A DNA stretch of 64,000 nt from an uncultured delta proteobacterium (lineage in GTDB: Bacteria > Myxococcota > Myxococcia > Myxococcales > Anaeromyxobacteraceae). Where the stretch lies: contig CAWFDF010000003.1 in the NCBI GenBank assembly GCA_963814585.1, positions 484,920 through 548,919 on the forward strand, given 5' to 3'. Positions 53,180 through 64,000 of the stretch are shown here, piece after piece. The notes under the pieces are model-generated. The model ran no database searches. It had not been told where the DNA came from and worked only from the letters and a program-made list of their open reading frames with translations. Made by a program: the position numbers and the translations under genes. Position 1 is the stretch's first letter; each line of letters begins with the position of its first letter.

Positions 53180-55470
53180 TTGCCAGTTCGCCGTACCGCC
53201 GGTCGCCTCGCCGTCACCGCCCTCGTGGCGACGCTCTCCGCCTGCACCGCGCAGACCACCTCCTCGGTCGACCCCTCGGTCGACCCCCCGGTCGGTCCCC
53301 GCTCGACCGCTCGGCCCCCACCATCCAGTCCTTCACCGCCAGTCCACTGACCATCCAGGCCGGACAGGGCACCACCCTGCTGCTGAGCGTCACCGGCGCG
53401 ACCAGCGTCTCGATCGACGCGGGCGTGGGCGCCGTGTCGGGCACGTCGGTCGTGGTCTCCCCGGCCAGCACCACCGCCTACACGCTGGTGGCCAGCAACG
53501 CCAACGGCAGCACCACCGCCTCCATCACGGTGACGGTCACTCCAGCCGGCGTCACCGACTGCGTGCTGTCCCGCAGCACCTCGGCGTCGGCGTCCATCTC
53601 CACCACCCACCCGCGCGTGCTGCTGAGCGACGCGGCCTACAAGAGCTGCCTGCAGCAGCTCCTCGCCGTGCCGACGCCGGCCGCGGCACGCTTCAAGGGC
53701 TTCGTCGACGCGCAGCTGGCCGGGGCGAACGCCTACGGCTGGGAGTCCTGGTTCGCGGCCCTGATGTACCAGCTCACCGGGAACACGGCCTACGCCGACC
53801 TCGCGGTGAGCAGCACCGACGCGTTCGTGGCCAGCGAGGAGGCTCTCATCGCCGCCAGCCAGCGCGCCACGGTGGCGGCCGACAGCTACCTGGACGTCGG
53901 AGGCATCATCGGCAACGTCGCCCTCGTCTACGACTGGTGCTACGAGCGGCTCACCCCGGCCCAGCGCTCGCGCTGGGTCGCCTACGCCAACCAGGCCGTC
54001 TGGAACGTCTGGCACCCGGCCCAGGCCCAGTGGGGCAACACCGTCTACCCCTGGAGCGGCTGGTCGATCGACAACCCCGCCAACAACTACTACTACTCCT
54101 TCCTGCGGGCGACGATGCTGCTGGGCCTGGCCAGCTCCGGCGAGAACGCCCAGGCCCAGACCTGGATCGACCAGTTCCGCACCGTCAAGCTGGAGAACCA
54201 GCTCCTCCCCGCCTTCAACGCCGACCTGGTCGGCGGCGGCTCCCGCGAGGGCACCGGCTACGGCACCGCCATGAAGGGCCTCTTCGAGCTCTACGACTGG
54301 TGGGAGCGCTCCACCACCGAGCGCATCGCCACCCTCACACCGCACACGCTCGCCTCCCTGGCCTTCGAGATGCACGCCATCGTGCCCACCCTGGACCGCC
54401 TGGCCCCCACCGGCGACCAGTCGCGCGATTCCACCGTGGCCCTCTTCGACTACCACCGCCAGTACCTCCAGGTCCTCATGGCGCTGTTCCCCGAGGACCG
54501 GCTGGCCGGGGCCGCCAAGTCGCTGCTGGCCGCCTCCTCCGTCCCGCGCATGCAGTATGGCTACACGGCCTACAGCGACTTCCTCTACGAGAACCCCAAC
54601 CTGCCCGCCACGCCCCTCACCGACCTGGCCACCACCTACTGGGGCAGCGGCACCGGCCAGCTCTCCATGCGCGCCGCCTGGACCACCTCCGCCTCCTACG
54701 CCAACTTCATCTGCGGCCCGTACACGGAGAGCCACGCCCACCACGACCAGGGCAGCTTCGTCCTCCACAAGGGCAGCTGGCTCGCCTACGACGCCAACAT
54801 CGACTCCGCCTCCGGCATCGAGCAGGGCGAGAGCCTCCACAGCCTGGTCCGCATCGAGCAGGGCGGCGCGACGGTCACCCAGGTCCAGGGCGCCCCCCGC
54901 TGCAACATGCTGGCGACCGGCGACGACGCCCTCATGACCTACGCGCTCGCGGACGTCACCCCCATCTACAACGGCAAGGCCGCGGTGGCGAAGGTGGAGC
55001 GTGAGTTCCTCTTCCTCAAGCCCAGCACCTTCGTGGTCTTCGACCGCGTCGACACCGCGGCGGGGGCCAGCCGCGTCTGGACGCTCAACGTCCCCGTCGC
55101 GCCGACCCTCGCCGGTGACCGGCTCTCCCTCACCCGGGGCGCCAACCGCATGGACGTGTTCCGCCTGGCGCCCACCGGCCTCTCCTCCGTGCTCTCGGGG
55201 CACCGGGTGGACGTCGCCGACGCCGCCGGCACCAGCTCCCTGTTCCTGCACGTCATCGGCCTCGACGGCGCGGTCGCCTCCGCCACCCGCTCCGACGCCG
55301 CCGGCCAGACCGGCGTCGACATCACCTTCGCCGACGGCCGCAGCGCCACCGTCCGCTTCTCCTCCTCCGGCCACGGCGGCTCCGTCAACCTGCTCGCCCC
55401 CGGCGGCGCCTCCCTCTTCAACGGCCCCCTGCCCACCACCGTCGCCACCCTGCCCCTCTTCGCCAGGTAG
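53180..55470 (+). CDS. Secreted lipoprotein, heparinase II/III-like polysaccharide lyase with an Ig-like domain; apparent frameshift at ~53300
   Basis: GGAGG RBS, TTG 53180, lipobox LSAC. Main frame: PTIQSFTA Ig-like, HPRVLL, YDW, NNY, EGTGYG, HAHHDQGSF. Confidence 0.78.
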
Positions 55471-55489
55471 GGCCGCCGCGCGCCGCCCG

Positions 55490-56251
55490 TCACTTCTCGA
55501 CGTAGATGACGACGCCGCTCGCCAGGTGACGCAGGCCGGGGACCGCGCGCAGCGCCACATGGTCGATCCGCTTCACGACATCGGCCGCGAAGATCCCGGA
55601 GAAGTGCCTCATCCTCGAGAGGACGTGGAAGGGATGGCACACCAGGCGCGTGAACTCCCGTCTCACCGCCTGGACCTCGGCCCAGGTGATCGGGCGCTCC
55701 CCGCTCGTGTAGTGACCTTCCTTGGGTCGGAGGCGCTCGATGAGCGCGGAGTTGCCCATGTGCTCGAAGAAGAGGCCTCGACCTCCCGGCTTCAGGAGCC
55801 GCTTGACCTCCCGCATGCCCGCGCCCAGGCCGATGTGGTGGAGGATCCCGAAGCCGTGGACGACGTCGAAGGTCTCGTCCGGGAAGCTGGTCGGATCGCA
55901 CCGCATGCACCGGGCGGAGACCCGGTCCCCGACACCGTTGGCCTCGGCCCGCGCCTGCGTCAGCCGCACCCCGACCGGTGAGATGTCGATGGCGGTCACC
56001 TCGGCACCCATCAGCGCGAGGTACGTCGACTCCTCTCCCATCCCGCAGCCGAGGTCGAGGACCCTGCATCCCCGCACCTCTCCGAGCAGCCGGGCACCGT
56101 ACTGTCGCCAGTCCCAGTCGTGGCGCGGGGCTGCGTACTTCTGGAAGTACCGCTGATTCAGTCCCAGCCGTCCAGCGTGCCTGGCGTACTCGGCATCCGC
56201 AAAGGCCGCCTCCTCGTCCAGGGATCCGGCGATCGTGTCCGTGGCGTCCAA
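55490..56251 (-). CDS. Class I SAM-dependent methyltransferase
   Basis: VLDLGCGMG, AIDIS, FDVV...ILHH, LLKPGG motifs. Confidence 0.92.
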   Translation of the reverse strand: MDATDTIAGSLDEEAAFADAEYARHAGRLGLNQRYFQKYAAPRHDWDWRQYGARLLGEVRGCRVLDLGCGMGEESTYLALMGAEVTAIDISPVGVRLTQARAEANGVGDRVSARCMRCDPTSFPDETFDVVHGFGILHHIGLGAGMREVKRLLKPGGRGLFFEHMGNSALIERLRPKEGHYTSGERPITWAEVQAVRREFTRLVCHPFHVLSRMRHFSGIFAADVVKRIDHVALRAVPGLRHLASGVVIYVEK

Positions 56252-56528
56252 GTCCCAACTCCCTCACCAGCGTGCCGCGCGAACTCACGGCCGCCGATGC
56301 GCTCCGGGGCGGGTGGCCCTGGCTTCCCGACCGGATCCAGACCCGGGCCCCGGTCCCGGGATCCTCGGCGGAGCCAGCAGATCTCGACGGCCGCATCGTC
56401 CCACCATCCGGACCGGTGATCCCTACCCCGATGGGAGCAGGGGGCCACTCCAGGCGCTCGCCCGGGTCATCGGCGGATGCGGCCGACACGGCTGGGGTCG
56501 CTCTCGAGGCGGCGCCCACCCGCGGGGC

Positions 56529-57707
56529 CTATCGGGGGGCGCCCGAGCCCCCACCGGCCAGCATCGCCTCGACCCGCTCCTGGACGCGGCGGAGGGTGGC
56601 GTCCCAGGTCATGGTCGAGGCCAGGGCCGTCTGCGCCTCCACCTCGGCCCGCGTGAGCCCGCTCTCCACGGCGGCATCGAGGTGGGCCAGCAGCTCCTCC
56701 CGGGTCCGGCCGATGCGCACGTGGGCGCGGAACTTCTCGATCTCCGGCGTCGACACCGACACGATCGGCTTGCCCATGGCCAGGTACTCCCGCAGCTTGA
56801 GCGGGTTGGCGTGCAGGACCTGCGGCGTCAATCGGTACGGGATGAGCGCCGCGGAGAACACCTTCCCGTAGGCCGGCAGGGACTCGTAGGGCCTGCGGCC
56901 GAGGTAGACCAGGTTGGGCCGCCGCGGGATCTCCGCCTCCGGGACCGCCAGCCGGCCGATCATCAGGAAGGTCCAGCCCGGCCGCCGCTCGGCGAGCCAG
57001 TCCACCAGCCCGAGGTCGATCCAGCTCTCGATGAGCCCGAAGAAGCCGATCACGGGCCGCGGCAGGCACGACGCGTCCGCGGGCACCTCGAGCGCGGGAT
57101 CCTGCGCCCGGACGAAGTGGTCGAGATCGACGCCGTGCGGCGACAGGTGGGTCTGCGGGTTGAGCCTCGACTTCCCGGCGAGCAGGGTCTCGGAGGCCAC
57201 GAACACCAGGTCGGCGCGCCTGGTCAGCTCGTCGTCCATGGCGCGCACCGCGGCGGCGTCCACGTCCGGAAGCGAGGCGTAGTCGTCGATGCAGTAGTAG
57301 ACCGAGAGCCGATCGCCGAGGCGGCCAGCCACGGCGGCGAGGTGCGGCACCACGAACCAGGTCACGGGCTCCCGGATCCCCTGGCGGCGGAGGAGCCGCC
57401 GCAGCGTCCAGAGGAGGAGCGCCCGGTTGAGGCGTCGCACCAGGCCGAATCGATGAAGCGGGACCTGCAGGAGGGTCAGGACCGAGATCCCTTCGGGCTG
57501 GAGTCGCGGCCCGGCGAGGGCCAGCCGGAGCTTGCGCACGAGCTTGCCCAGGTCGCGCCCGGTGGCCTTGGGGGCCCGGAGCCCCGGGCACTCGACGTAG
57601 ATGACCCGGTACCGCGCCGCCAGCCAGCGTGCCACGTGGTGGCTGGAGGTCCGGTTCTCGGCCGCCCAGTCGTTGCCGAAGTAGAGGATGGTCGGCGGCT
57701 CAGCCAC
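56529..57707 (-). CDS. GT-B glycosyltransferase (TuaH-like)
   Basis: YYCIDD, HGVD, GFFGLI, NPLKLREYLAMGKPIVS motifs. Confidence 0.9.
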   Translation of the reverse strand: MAEPPTILYFGNDWAAENRTSSHHVARWLAARYRVIYVECPGLRAPKATGRDLGKLVRKLRLALAGPRLQPEGISVLTLLQVPLHRFGLVRRLNRALLLWTLRRLLRRQGIREPVTWFVVPHLAAVAGRLGDRLSVYYCIDDYASLPDVDAAAVRAMDDELTRRADLVFVASETLLAGKSRLNPQTHLSPHGVDLDHFVRAQDPALEVPADASCLPRPVIGFFGLIESWIDLGLVDWLAERRPGWTFLMIGRLAVPEAEIPRRPNLVYLGRRPYESLPAYGKVFSAALIPYRLTPQVLHANPLKLREYLAMGKPIVSVSTPEIEKFRAHVRIGRTREELLAHLDAAVESGLTRAEVEAQTALASTMTWDATLRRVQERVEAMLAGGGSGAPR

Positions 57708-58392
57708 CGATCCACTCCGAGGGCGTGGTGAAGCCCAGGCCCAGGGCGCCGGCCCGCTCCACGAGGGCGTCCAGCACCGGGACGATTCGTCCGTGGCTGT
57801 CGTGGAGCAGGACGATGTCGCCGCCCCGGAGCGGCTCGGACTCCAGCCAGCGCCGGAAGGGGTCCAGCCCGGCCAGGGCGTAGTCCTTCGGGTCGCGGTT
57901 CCACAGCACCACGCTCTGCCCCAGTGACCACAGCCCCAGGAGCTTGCCAGGAGTCAGCTTGCCATGGGCGGGCGGAACAGCCTCACGGCCCGGCCCACCA
58001 GCGGCCGCAGGACGCTCGATCGTGCGCCGGACCTCCTCGAGCAGCACCGCCGCAGAGGTCTCGTGCGGCCGCCCGTGCGACCAGGAATGGTGGCCGACCT
58101 CGTGACCCTCGTCGACCATGCGGCGGACCAGCCCGGGGTGCGCCTCGACCCTGGAACCGACCACGAAGAAGGTGGCGCGCAGGTCGAGCGCGCCCAGCCG
58201 GTCCAGCACCGCCGGTGTGTGGACGGGATCGGGGCCGTCGTCGAAGGTGAGCGCGATGGTGCGGCCGGGACTCGGACCGGAGGTCATGAAGAGCCGGCGC
58301 GGGAGGGAGGCCGACATGACCCGCCGGATGCCCTGTCGAAGAGGTGAGCCTCGGTATGGGGTTTCGATGACCATCCGCTCCTGGCTCACCAT
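57700..58392 (-). CDS. NodB-type polysaccharide deacetylase (local indels at ~57960-58015)
   Basis: LTFDDGP, GHHSWSH, VLLHD motifs; the RPP motif region is scrambled by compensating indels. Confidence 0.85.
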   Translation of the reverse strand: MVSQERMVIETPYRGSPLRQGIRRVMSASLPRRLFMTSGPSPGRTIALTFDDGPDPVHTPAVLDRLGALDLRATFFVVGSRVEAHPGLVRRMVDEGHEVGHHSWSHGRPHETSAAVLLEEVRRTIERPAAAGGPGREAVPPAHGKLTPGKLLGLWSLGQSVVLWNRDPKDYALAGLDPFRRWLESEPLRGGDIVLLHDSHGRIVPVLDALVERAGALGLGFTTPSEWIGG

Positions 58393-58443
58393 GAGGCCTC
58401 GCCGTGGTCGGTCGCCGGCCCTTCATTCTTAGTGCATTTGCTA

Positions 58444-59735
58444 TGTTGCCCGGTAGGGGGGCGGCACCCGTGGAACCAACACGCCAGCGGAGCCTCCGGA
58501 CCACCATCGGTGGTCTCGTCCTGCTCGTCACGGCCACCGCCCTGTCGGGCCGAGCCGGTGCCGAGACCATCATCCGGTTCGACGGATCGGCCAACGTCGT
58601 CTCCAGGGCTGCCGCTCCGGCCTACGCCCTCGAGCATGGCGTCGAGGCCCGGCCGGCCCTGACGCTCCAGGTCGGGACTCCCCGGCTGGTCTGGCGTGCC
58701 GGCTACCTTCTCGCCTACGACCTGGATGCCTACGGGGAGAGCACCTCCTCGCACTTCGCCAGTCTCAGCCTGGCCGCGGAGCCCAGCCCGCGCACCCTGG
58801 TCAGGCGGGCGCCAGCTTCACCCAGGGTGGCGTCGCCTTCCGCATCAGCCAGCCTCCTGCGGATGCCGGGCGACCGGCCCTCCTGGATCCGGGCGGCGGC
58901 GTGCTGCTCACGGGCACGTTCCGTCAGACCCTCGGCTGGGAGGCGTCACCGAGCCTCCGGCTGGGGCAGGAGCTCCGCGCCTCCCAGGCCGCTCGCCCGG
59001 ACGCCTTCGACGACAGGAACAGGACCGTCGCAGGGCTGCTCCGTCTCGACTGGCTGCGCCAGTCGTCGTCCCTGGGCCTCGGAGGCGGCGCCAGCCTTGC
59101 CTCGCTCAAGCCCCTGGATTTCCCGAGCTGGCAGCCGCACCTGGACTCCTGGACCTGCTCCCTCCTGGGCGCCTGGAGCCTGGACGTCGACGAGCGCTGG
59201 AGCGGCCAGCTGACGGCCGGCCTCCAGCTGGTGAGGGTCGTCGGCCAGGCGCCGGATGCGCTCTCCCCGCCGGAGGCCTCGTCATCCGCTACGCGGCGGG
59301 CCCCGGCGAGGCGTCGCTCACCGCCCAGCACGCCATCCTCCCCATGCTCGAGACCGGCACCCTGTCCGAGAGCGACGAGGTCGTGCTGCGCGCCACGATG
59401 TCGCTCGACCCCGACCGGCGGCGCGTGCTGGCCGGCTCCGCCGGCTTCGTCAGCCTCCGGCCGCCCATCGTCGGCCCCGCCGTGGCGGCCGCGAGCACCG
59501 CGCTGCGCGGGGACGTCGGCCTGGTGTGGGGCCTGTCGACCTGGCTCCAGGCCACGGTCCGCTACAGCATCTCCCACCAGTACTGGAGCGGGACCTCCTC
59601 GACCGTTCACGTCTTGCTGGCCGGCCTCACCTTCCACTTCAGCAACGCCGACCGGTTGCCCCCCGTTCCTGCTCCCGGCCAGCGCGTCGACGGAGCGATT
59701 CGGTGCGGTTCCGCACCGAGCCGGGCCGGCCATGA
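58444..59735 (+). CDS. Putative outer-membrane beta-barrel protein, split over several frames
   Basis: Signal peptide, then alternating amphipathic strands (WRAGYLLAY, LRLDWLR, GAWSLDV, GDVGLVW, QATVRYSISHQ, LLAGLTFHF) across ORFs 58404, 58901 and 58696. Boundaries approximate. Confidence 0.55.
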
Positions 59736-59742
59736 GGATCGC

Positions 59743-60861
59743 GTGAGGCCGTCCCTGCACATCGCTCACGTCCTGTCGTCGCTCGAGCTCGGGGGCCAGG
59801 AGCGGGTGGCGCTGACCTGGCCGCTGGCCAGGTCGGAGCCGGGCACCGCGTGACGGCCATCTCGCTGGCGTCGCCGCCGGACGGCCGCCTGGCCCCCGAG
59901 TTCCGGGCCGCCGGGGCGACGGTGGTGGAGGTGGAACGCCGGCAGGCCGGGAGCCGACCCGGCGCTGGTGCTCGACCTGTCCCGCCGGCTTCGCGCGAGC
60001 CAGGTGGACCTCGTCCACACCCATAACCGGATGGCCTTGATGTACGGCGCCCCCGCGGGCCGCCTGGCGCGCGTGGCGGTCGTGCACACCAAGCACGGCA
60101 GGAACCCCGGCAGCGCCATGCAGCTCGTCGCGGCCAGGATGGCCGCCAGGTGCGTGGATGCCTTCGTCGCCGTCTCTCCAGAGACCGCGGTGTTCGCCCG
60201 CGCTCGCCAGGAGGTCGACGAGCGGCGGCTCTCGGTGATCCCCGACGGGATCCAGCTGGACCGCTTCCGCCCGGACGCCGCCGCCCGGCAGCAGGTTCGC
60301 ACCGAGCTCGGCATCGCCCCGAGGCCTGGGTGGTCGGCACGGTGGGCCGGCTCGCGGTGGAGAAGAACCAGGCGCTGCTCCTGAGCGCCGTCGCCCCGCT
60401 GCTGGGTGACCGGACCCGCCTGCTGGTGGCCGGCGACGGGCCCTTGCTGCCGGCGCTCTCGGCCCGGGCGGCCGCGCTCGGCGTGGCGCCGTTCGTCCAC
60501 CTGCTCGGCGCCCGGCGAGACGTGCCGGACCTCCTCAACGCGCTCGACGCCTTCGCGCTCTCCTCCGACAGCGAGGGGCTGCCGCTGGTGATCCCGGAGG
60601 CGATGGCCACTGGCCTTCCGGTCGTCTCGACGCAGGTGGGCGGCGTCCCGGACGTCCTCGAGGAGGGGCTGACGGGGTTCATGGTGCCAGCCGGGGACGA
60701 GGCCGGGCTGCGGAGCCGGATCGCGGCGCTCCGGGCCGACCTGGCGCTCGGACGGGCCTGTGGCGCCCGGGCGCGCGCCGTCGCCCTGGCCGCTTCTCCG
60801 CCGGGCGGATGCTTCGCGACTACCTCGAGCTCTACCGCCGGGTCCTCTCGGGGCGACCTGA
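59743..60861 (+). CDS. Glycosyltransferase family 4, several frameshifts
   Basis: HVLSSLELGGQERV, VHTHN, VHTKHG, GTVGRLAVEKNQ, SDSEGLPLVIPEAMATGLPVV, YLELYRR in successive frames. Confidence 0.85.
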
Positions 60862-60893
60862 CCGATGGTCCGGGCCCGGTCCGGCCGACGGCG

Positions 60894-62292
60894 TCAGCGC
60901 CCCGCCGGGGCGGGCATCTCGTTGATGACGAAGCGCGCCTTCCCCGCGGCCGTCCGCGAGATGGCGTCGACGTAGGCGATCTCGATCGAGGCGTCCTGGC
61001 CGAGGTGCTGGCGGAAGATGCGATCGAGCTTCTGCTCCTCGACCTCCGGCCGGTAGTCGGCCGTGCGCACGATCCGGATGGTGACCTGGCCCGCCTGACG
61101 CTGGACGATCTGGAACTGCTCGACGCCGCCGACCATCCTGAAGGCATGGGCTGCCGATGACGCCCGAGACGGGGTTGCCGGCGGTCGTGTACAGGAGGTC
61201 GTTCATGCGCCGTTCGATGCCTGCGTGGACTTCAGCCCAGGCTCCGGCCGCAGCGGCAGCCCGCGGGTGCGACGGCGCCGGCATCGCCGTTCCGGTACCG
61301 GAGGAGCGGGAGCGCGTGGTTGTCGAGGTCGGCCGCATCAGGGAACGGGCCCTCGCCGCTGAGGCCTGGACTGGCCTCCCCCGGGAGCTCGACCTTCGAT
61401 CACGAGTGCTCGTCCAGGTGCCGGTAGGTGAAGCTCTCCGGCCTCCGGACAGCGTGTAGCGAGGGACTGCACCTCGCCGCTGGCCGTAGTACGGCAGCAC
61501 CGCGGCGCCGAAGACCTGCGATGGTCTGGCGCCAGCCGTCGAGGAGCGAGCTCGGGCGGGTCGGGAAGACCGCGTCCAGCCGGAGCGGCATGCCGCCACG
61601 CTCGACGTGGCAGGCCAGGAGGTAGATTCGCCGAGCCGTACCCACCAGGGAGCGTGCGCCGGAGGCGCGGAGACGGGCGTCGAGGTAGTGGCCGGCGTTG
61701 TGCGGGAACGAGCTCGAAGGCGGGCAAGAAGGTCTGCCGGCGGGGTCCAGCTCTTCAGGGGCGGTCGAGCGGCCGGCGCGCCGTCACGCCGAGCCAGCGT
61801 GCCCGCCGAAGATCTGGACGAATGGGTCGCCCAGGCGCAGGCGCCCAAGCCGAGGGGCCGCGCCGTAGAGCAGGCGCGCTGCCGACCGAGCCGGCCCGGT
61901 CCGCACGGACCTTGATCGGGTCCTCCGTGGTCCCACCGGTCACGCCCGTCTCCACCGGCGCATCGCCGGGATGCGCGAGCCCGGCGAGGTTGCACGGAGC
62001 TCTTGTCCTGGTGAGCACGGGGAGCCTGGGAAGGTCCGCCAGCCCCGATGTCGGCCGGCCGAACGCCGTGCTCGTCCATGAGCAGCCGGTACCGGGGGCT
62101 GGCCGGTAGGCATGCTCGACGAGTCGCACCACCTGGCGTCCCGCAGCTCGTCCAGGCGCCGCCGCTCCCACCGCTCGCTCTCGGCGAGGAAGCGGAGGGC
62201 CTGGGTCAAGCCGAGGCCGGCGCCGCGGAATAGCGCTTCCCAGTGGAGGCGATACAGGCTGGCTCGAATCGAGGGCGCCGTGGCGGCTTCAT
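60894..62292 (-). CDS. Phenylacetate-CoA ligase/CapK-like adenylating enzyme, heavily frameshifted
   Basis: Fragments FLAESERW, LPVLT, TGGTT (P-loop-like), RMNDLLYT, GVEQFQIVQ, ISRTAAGKARFV. Boundaries approximate. Confidence 0.7.
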
Positions 62293-62344
62293 ACCACGCA
62301 GCCCGTCGACCTGGACCGAGCGGGGCGCGCCGGGCCAGGCGGTG

Positions 62345-63443
62345 TCACGCGTCTTCGTCCACGTCGAAGAGATGCCATCGCTCCGCGCTCGCCATGGCGG
62401 CCCCGGCGGGACCACCTGGGCCTCCGGCTGCACCACCACGGTCCGCCCCTCGCCCCGGACCACGAAGCCACGGCGGATGAGCAGGTCCCGCACCAGCGGC
62501 GCGCCCAGGAAGCGCACCGACGCGCTGGCCGCGCCTCGCCTCCGGAGGGCGGGCAGGAGGAGGTCCACCAGGGCACCGGAATCGGCGTGGTCGCCGAGGT
62601 CGCGCAGGTGCGCCGCCCCCGAGGCCGGCTCCACCTCCACGACCGCGTAGGCCCTCAGGTCGCCGCCGCCCCGGCGGGTCAGCGTGGCGAGCGAGGCGCC
62701 CCGGGGAGCGCCAGGCCAGGAACGCCGCGCTCCGGACCCCGACCACCGGGTACTCCTGCCGGGCGGCCGCCCGAGGGCCGTGGACCCGGCCGTCCGGCCA
62801 ATCGCACCAGCCCAGCCGGAAGGCACGTGCAGCGCCCAGCGCGCGCGGCAGGTCGAGGGCCATGCGTCCAGGGTCGGCCAGGGCCCCGGCGGCGCGGGCC
62901 ACCCTCGGCCGCGCCACCATCCGCGCCAGCGCCGGAGGGAAGCCGGGCCGCTCGCCGAGCCTGGCGGCGTAGGCCTCGTGGCGCAGCACCCGGACGTGCC
63001 GCGAGACCGTGCCGAGCGTGCCGAACCCGGCGCGCAGCATGACGCCCACGGCCTTCTGCGTTGGGGAACCCGTAGCCGACCTGGAACCGGTCCCGCACGT
63101 GCTCGCGCGCCAGGCGCGCGAGCCGCAACGCCGGCAGCAGGTGCCGGTGAGCGGCGTCCACCGCGAAGTCCCCGAGGACGGCGGCGCTCGCCTCCCGGCC
63201 ATCCACCCAGAACCGCCGGATGGCGACGCCCATGGCGCCGACGATGCGCTCCTCGCCGGTGGCCGCGTCGCAGGCCGCAGGACGAGGACGTGAGGGGCCG
63301 GGTCGGGCGCCTCGCTGGTCAGCCGCCTGAACTTCTCCTCGGCCGAAATCCCCAGCGTGAGGTTGTCCCGCCAGATGCGCTGCAGCGCCTCCCGCACGCC
63401 CTCCGGCCGCTCCACGGCGACGGCGTAGGTGGCTCGCCCCATC
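62345..63443 (-). CDS. GNAT family acyltransferase, frameshifted
   Basis: Fragments IWRDNL, GDFAVDAAHR, YGFPN, RSAAFLAWR, WHLFDVDEDA, typical of EPS-locus GNAT proteins. Confidence 0.65.
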
Positions 63444-63538
63444 GTCACGCCGGCACTATCCGCACGACCGGGAGCGGCCACGGCTCCCCGGGCCGGGCGG
63501 CGGCCGTGGCCCTCCGGGGCCCGTGCTAGATTCCCCGG

Positions 63539-64000
63539 GTGTCCAATGGCACGCGCGTCCACGCATCGCGGAGGGTGTTCCTGGCGGGAGCTGGCCGCGG
63601 TCGGCGCGGGGGGTGCGGCCCTGATGCTCGGCACGGCGGAAGGTTCCGGCGCGCCGTCGCCAGGTACACGCAGCTCAAGTCGTTCACGGCCGCGCCGGAG
63701 CTGCCATCGAGGACCCGGTGCGCGACCGCGCCAGGATCCACGTCGCCCAGGGCGGCACGCCCGCGGAGAACGTGGACGCGGTTCTCTCCTCGCTGGGCGG
63801 CCCTGGCGCGGTGGTCGGACGGGACGACGTGGTGATCGTCAAGGTGAGCGCGCAGTGGTGGAACCAGGGGATGACCAACGTCGCGGCGGTGAAGCGCGTG
63901 CTGGAGCGGATCCTTTCGACGCCCCGGGTTCGCCGGCGAGGTCATCGTCTTCGAGAACACCCACTTCCGGCTGCGCGACGGCTCCGGGCTGTCGCGGGCC
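63539..64000 (+). CDS. DUF362-like protein with twin-arginine signal, partial and frameshifted
   Basis: SRRVFL Tat motif; later frames give LGG...VVGRDDVVIVKVSAQWWNQGMTN and GEVIVFEN. Confidence 0.55.

Noticed and set aside
53263..53290. Short tandem repeat (TCGGTCGACCCC)x2 near a frameshift, as a phase-variation site
   Set aside because: Only two in-frame 12-nt units encoding a linker; not a contingency-type tract.
58696..59853. Apparent beta-barrel-glycosyltransferase fusion
   Set aside because: Lies in the indel-rich region. The GT4 has its own GTG at 59743, and the two domains belong in different compartments.

Overview
Very GC-rich bacterial DNA. Gene content suggests an Anaeromyxobacter-like member of the Myxococcota (inference). 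Left to right: the start of an M28/PA peptidase (partial); a complete trpE-G-D-C-F-B-A operon; small housekeeping genes (pirin, ppnP, DUF3014, lipase, two ABC-2 permeases, M3 peptidase); two large multiheme c-type cytochrome lipoproteins behind an FNR-type promoter; an MshEN-REC-TPR regulator; gpsA, clpB and truA; and a ~34 kb Wzx/Wzy-type exopolysaccharide locus. That locus carries many tailoring enzymes (ACP, AsnB, NadE-like, two adenylating ligases, GNAT, methyltransferase, two deacetylases) and two secreted lyase-like lipoproteins. The most striking signal is at the 5' end of trpE. The only start with a good SD (ATG 1112) opens a 7-codon ORF, MTVLLWR*, containing ACGGTG-TTG-CTT-TGG-C. This is a near copy of the prfB +1 frameshift cassette (AGGGGG-TAT-CTT-TGA-C) with the stop replaced by the Trp codon, and a +1 slip lands exactly in the TrpE frame. 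It is a candidate tryptophan-sensing programmed frameshift controlling the operon. Caveat: many genes here carry single-base indels that look like assembly errors, densest after ~57.9 kb, so every frameshift claim needs read-level or homolog checks. No rRNA, tRNA, CRISPR array or mobile element was seen.
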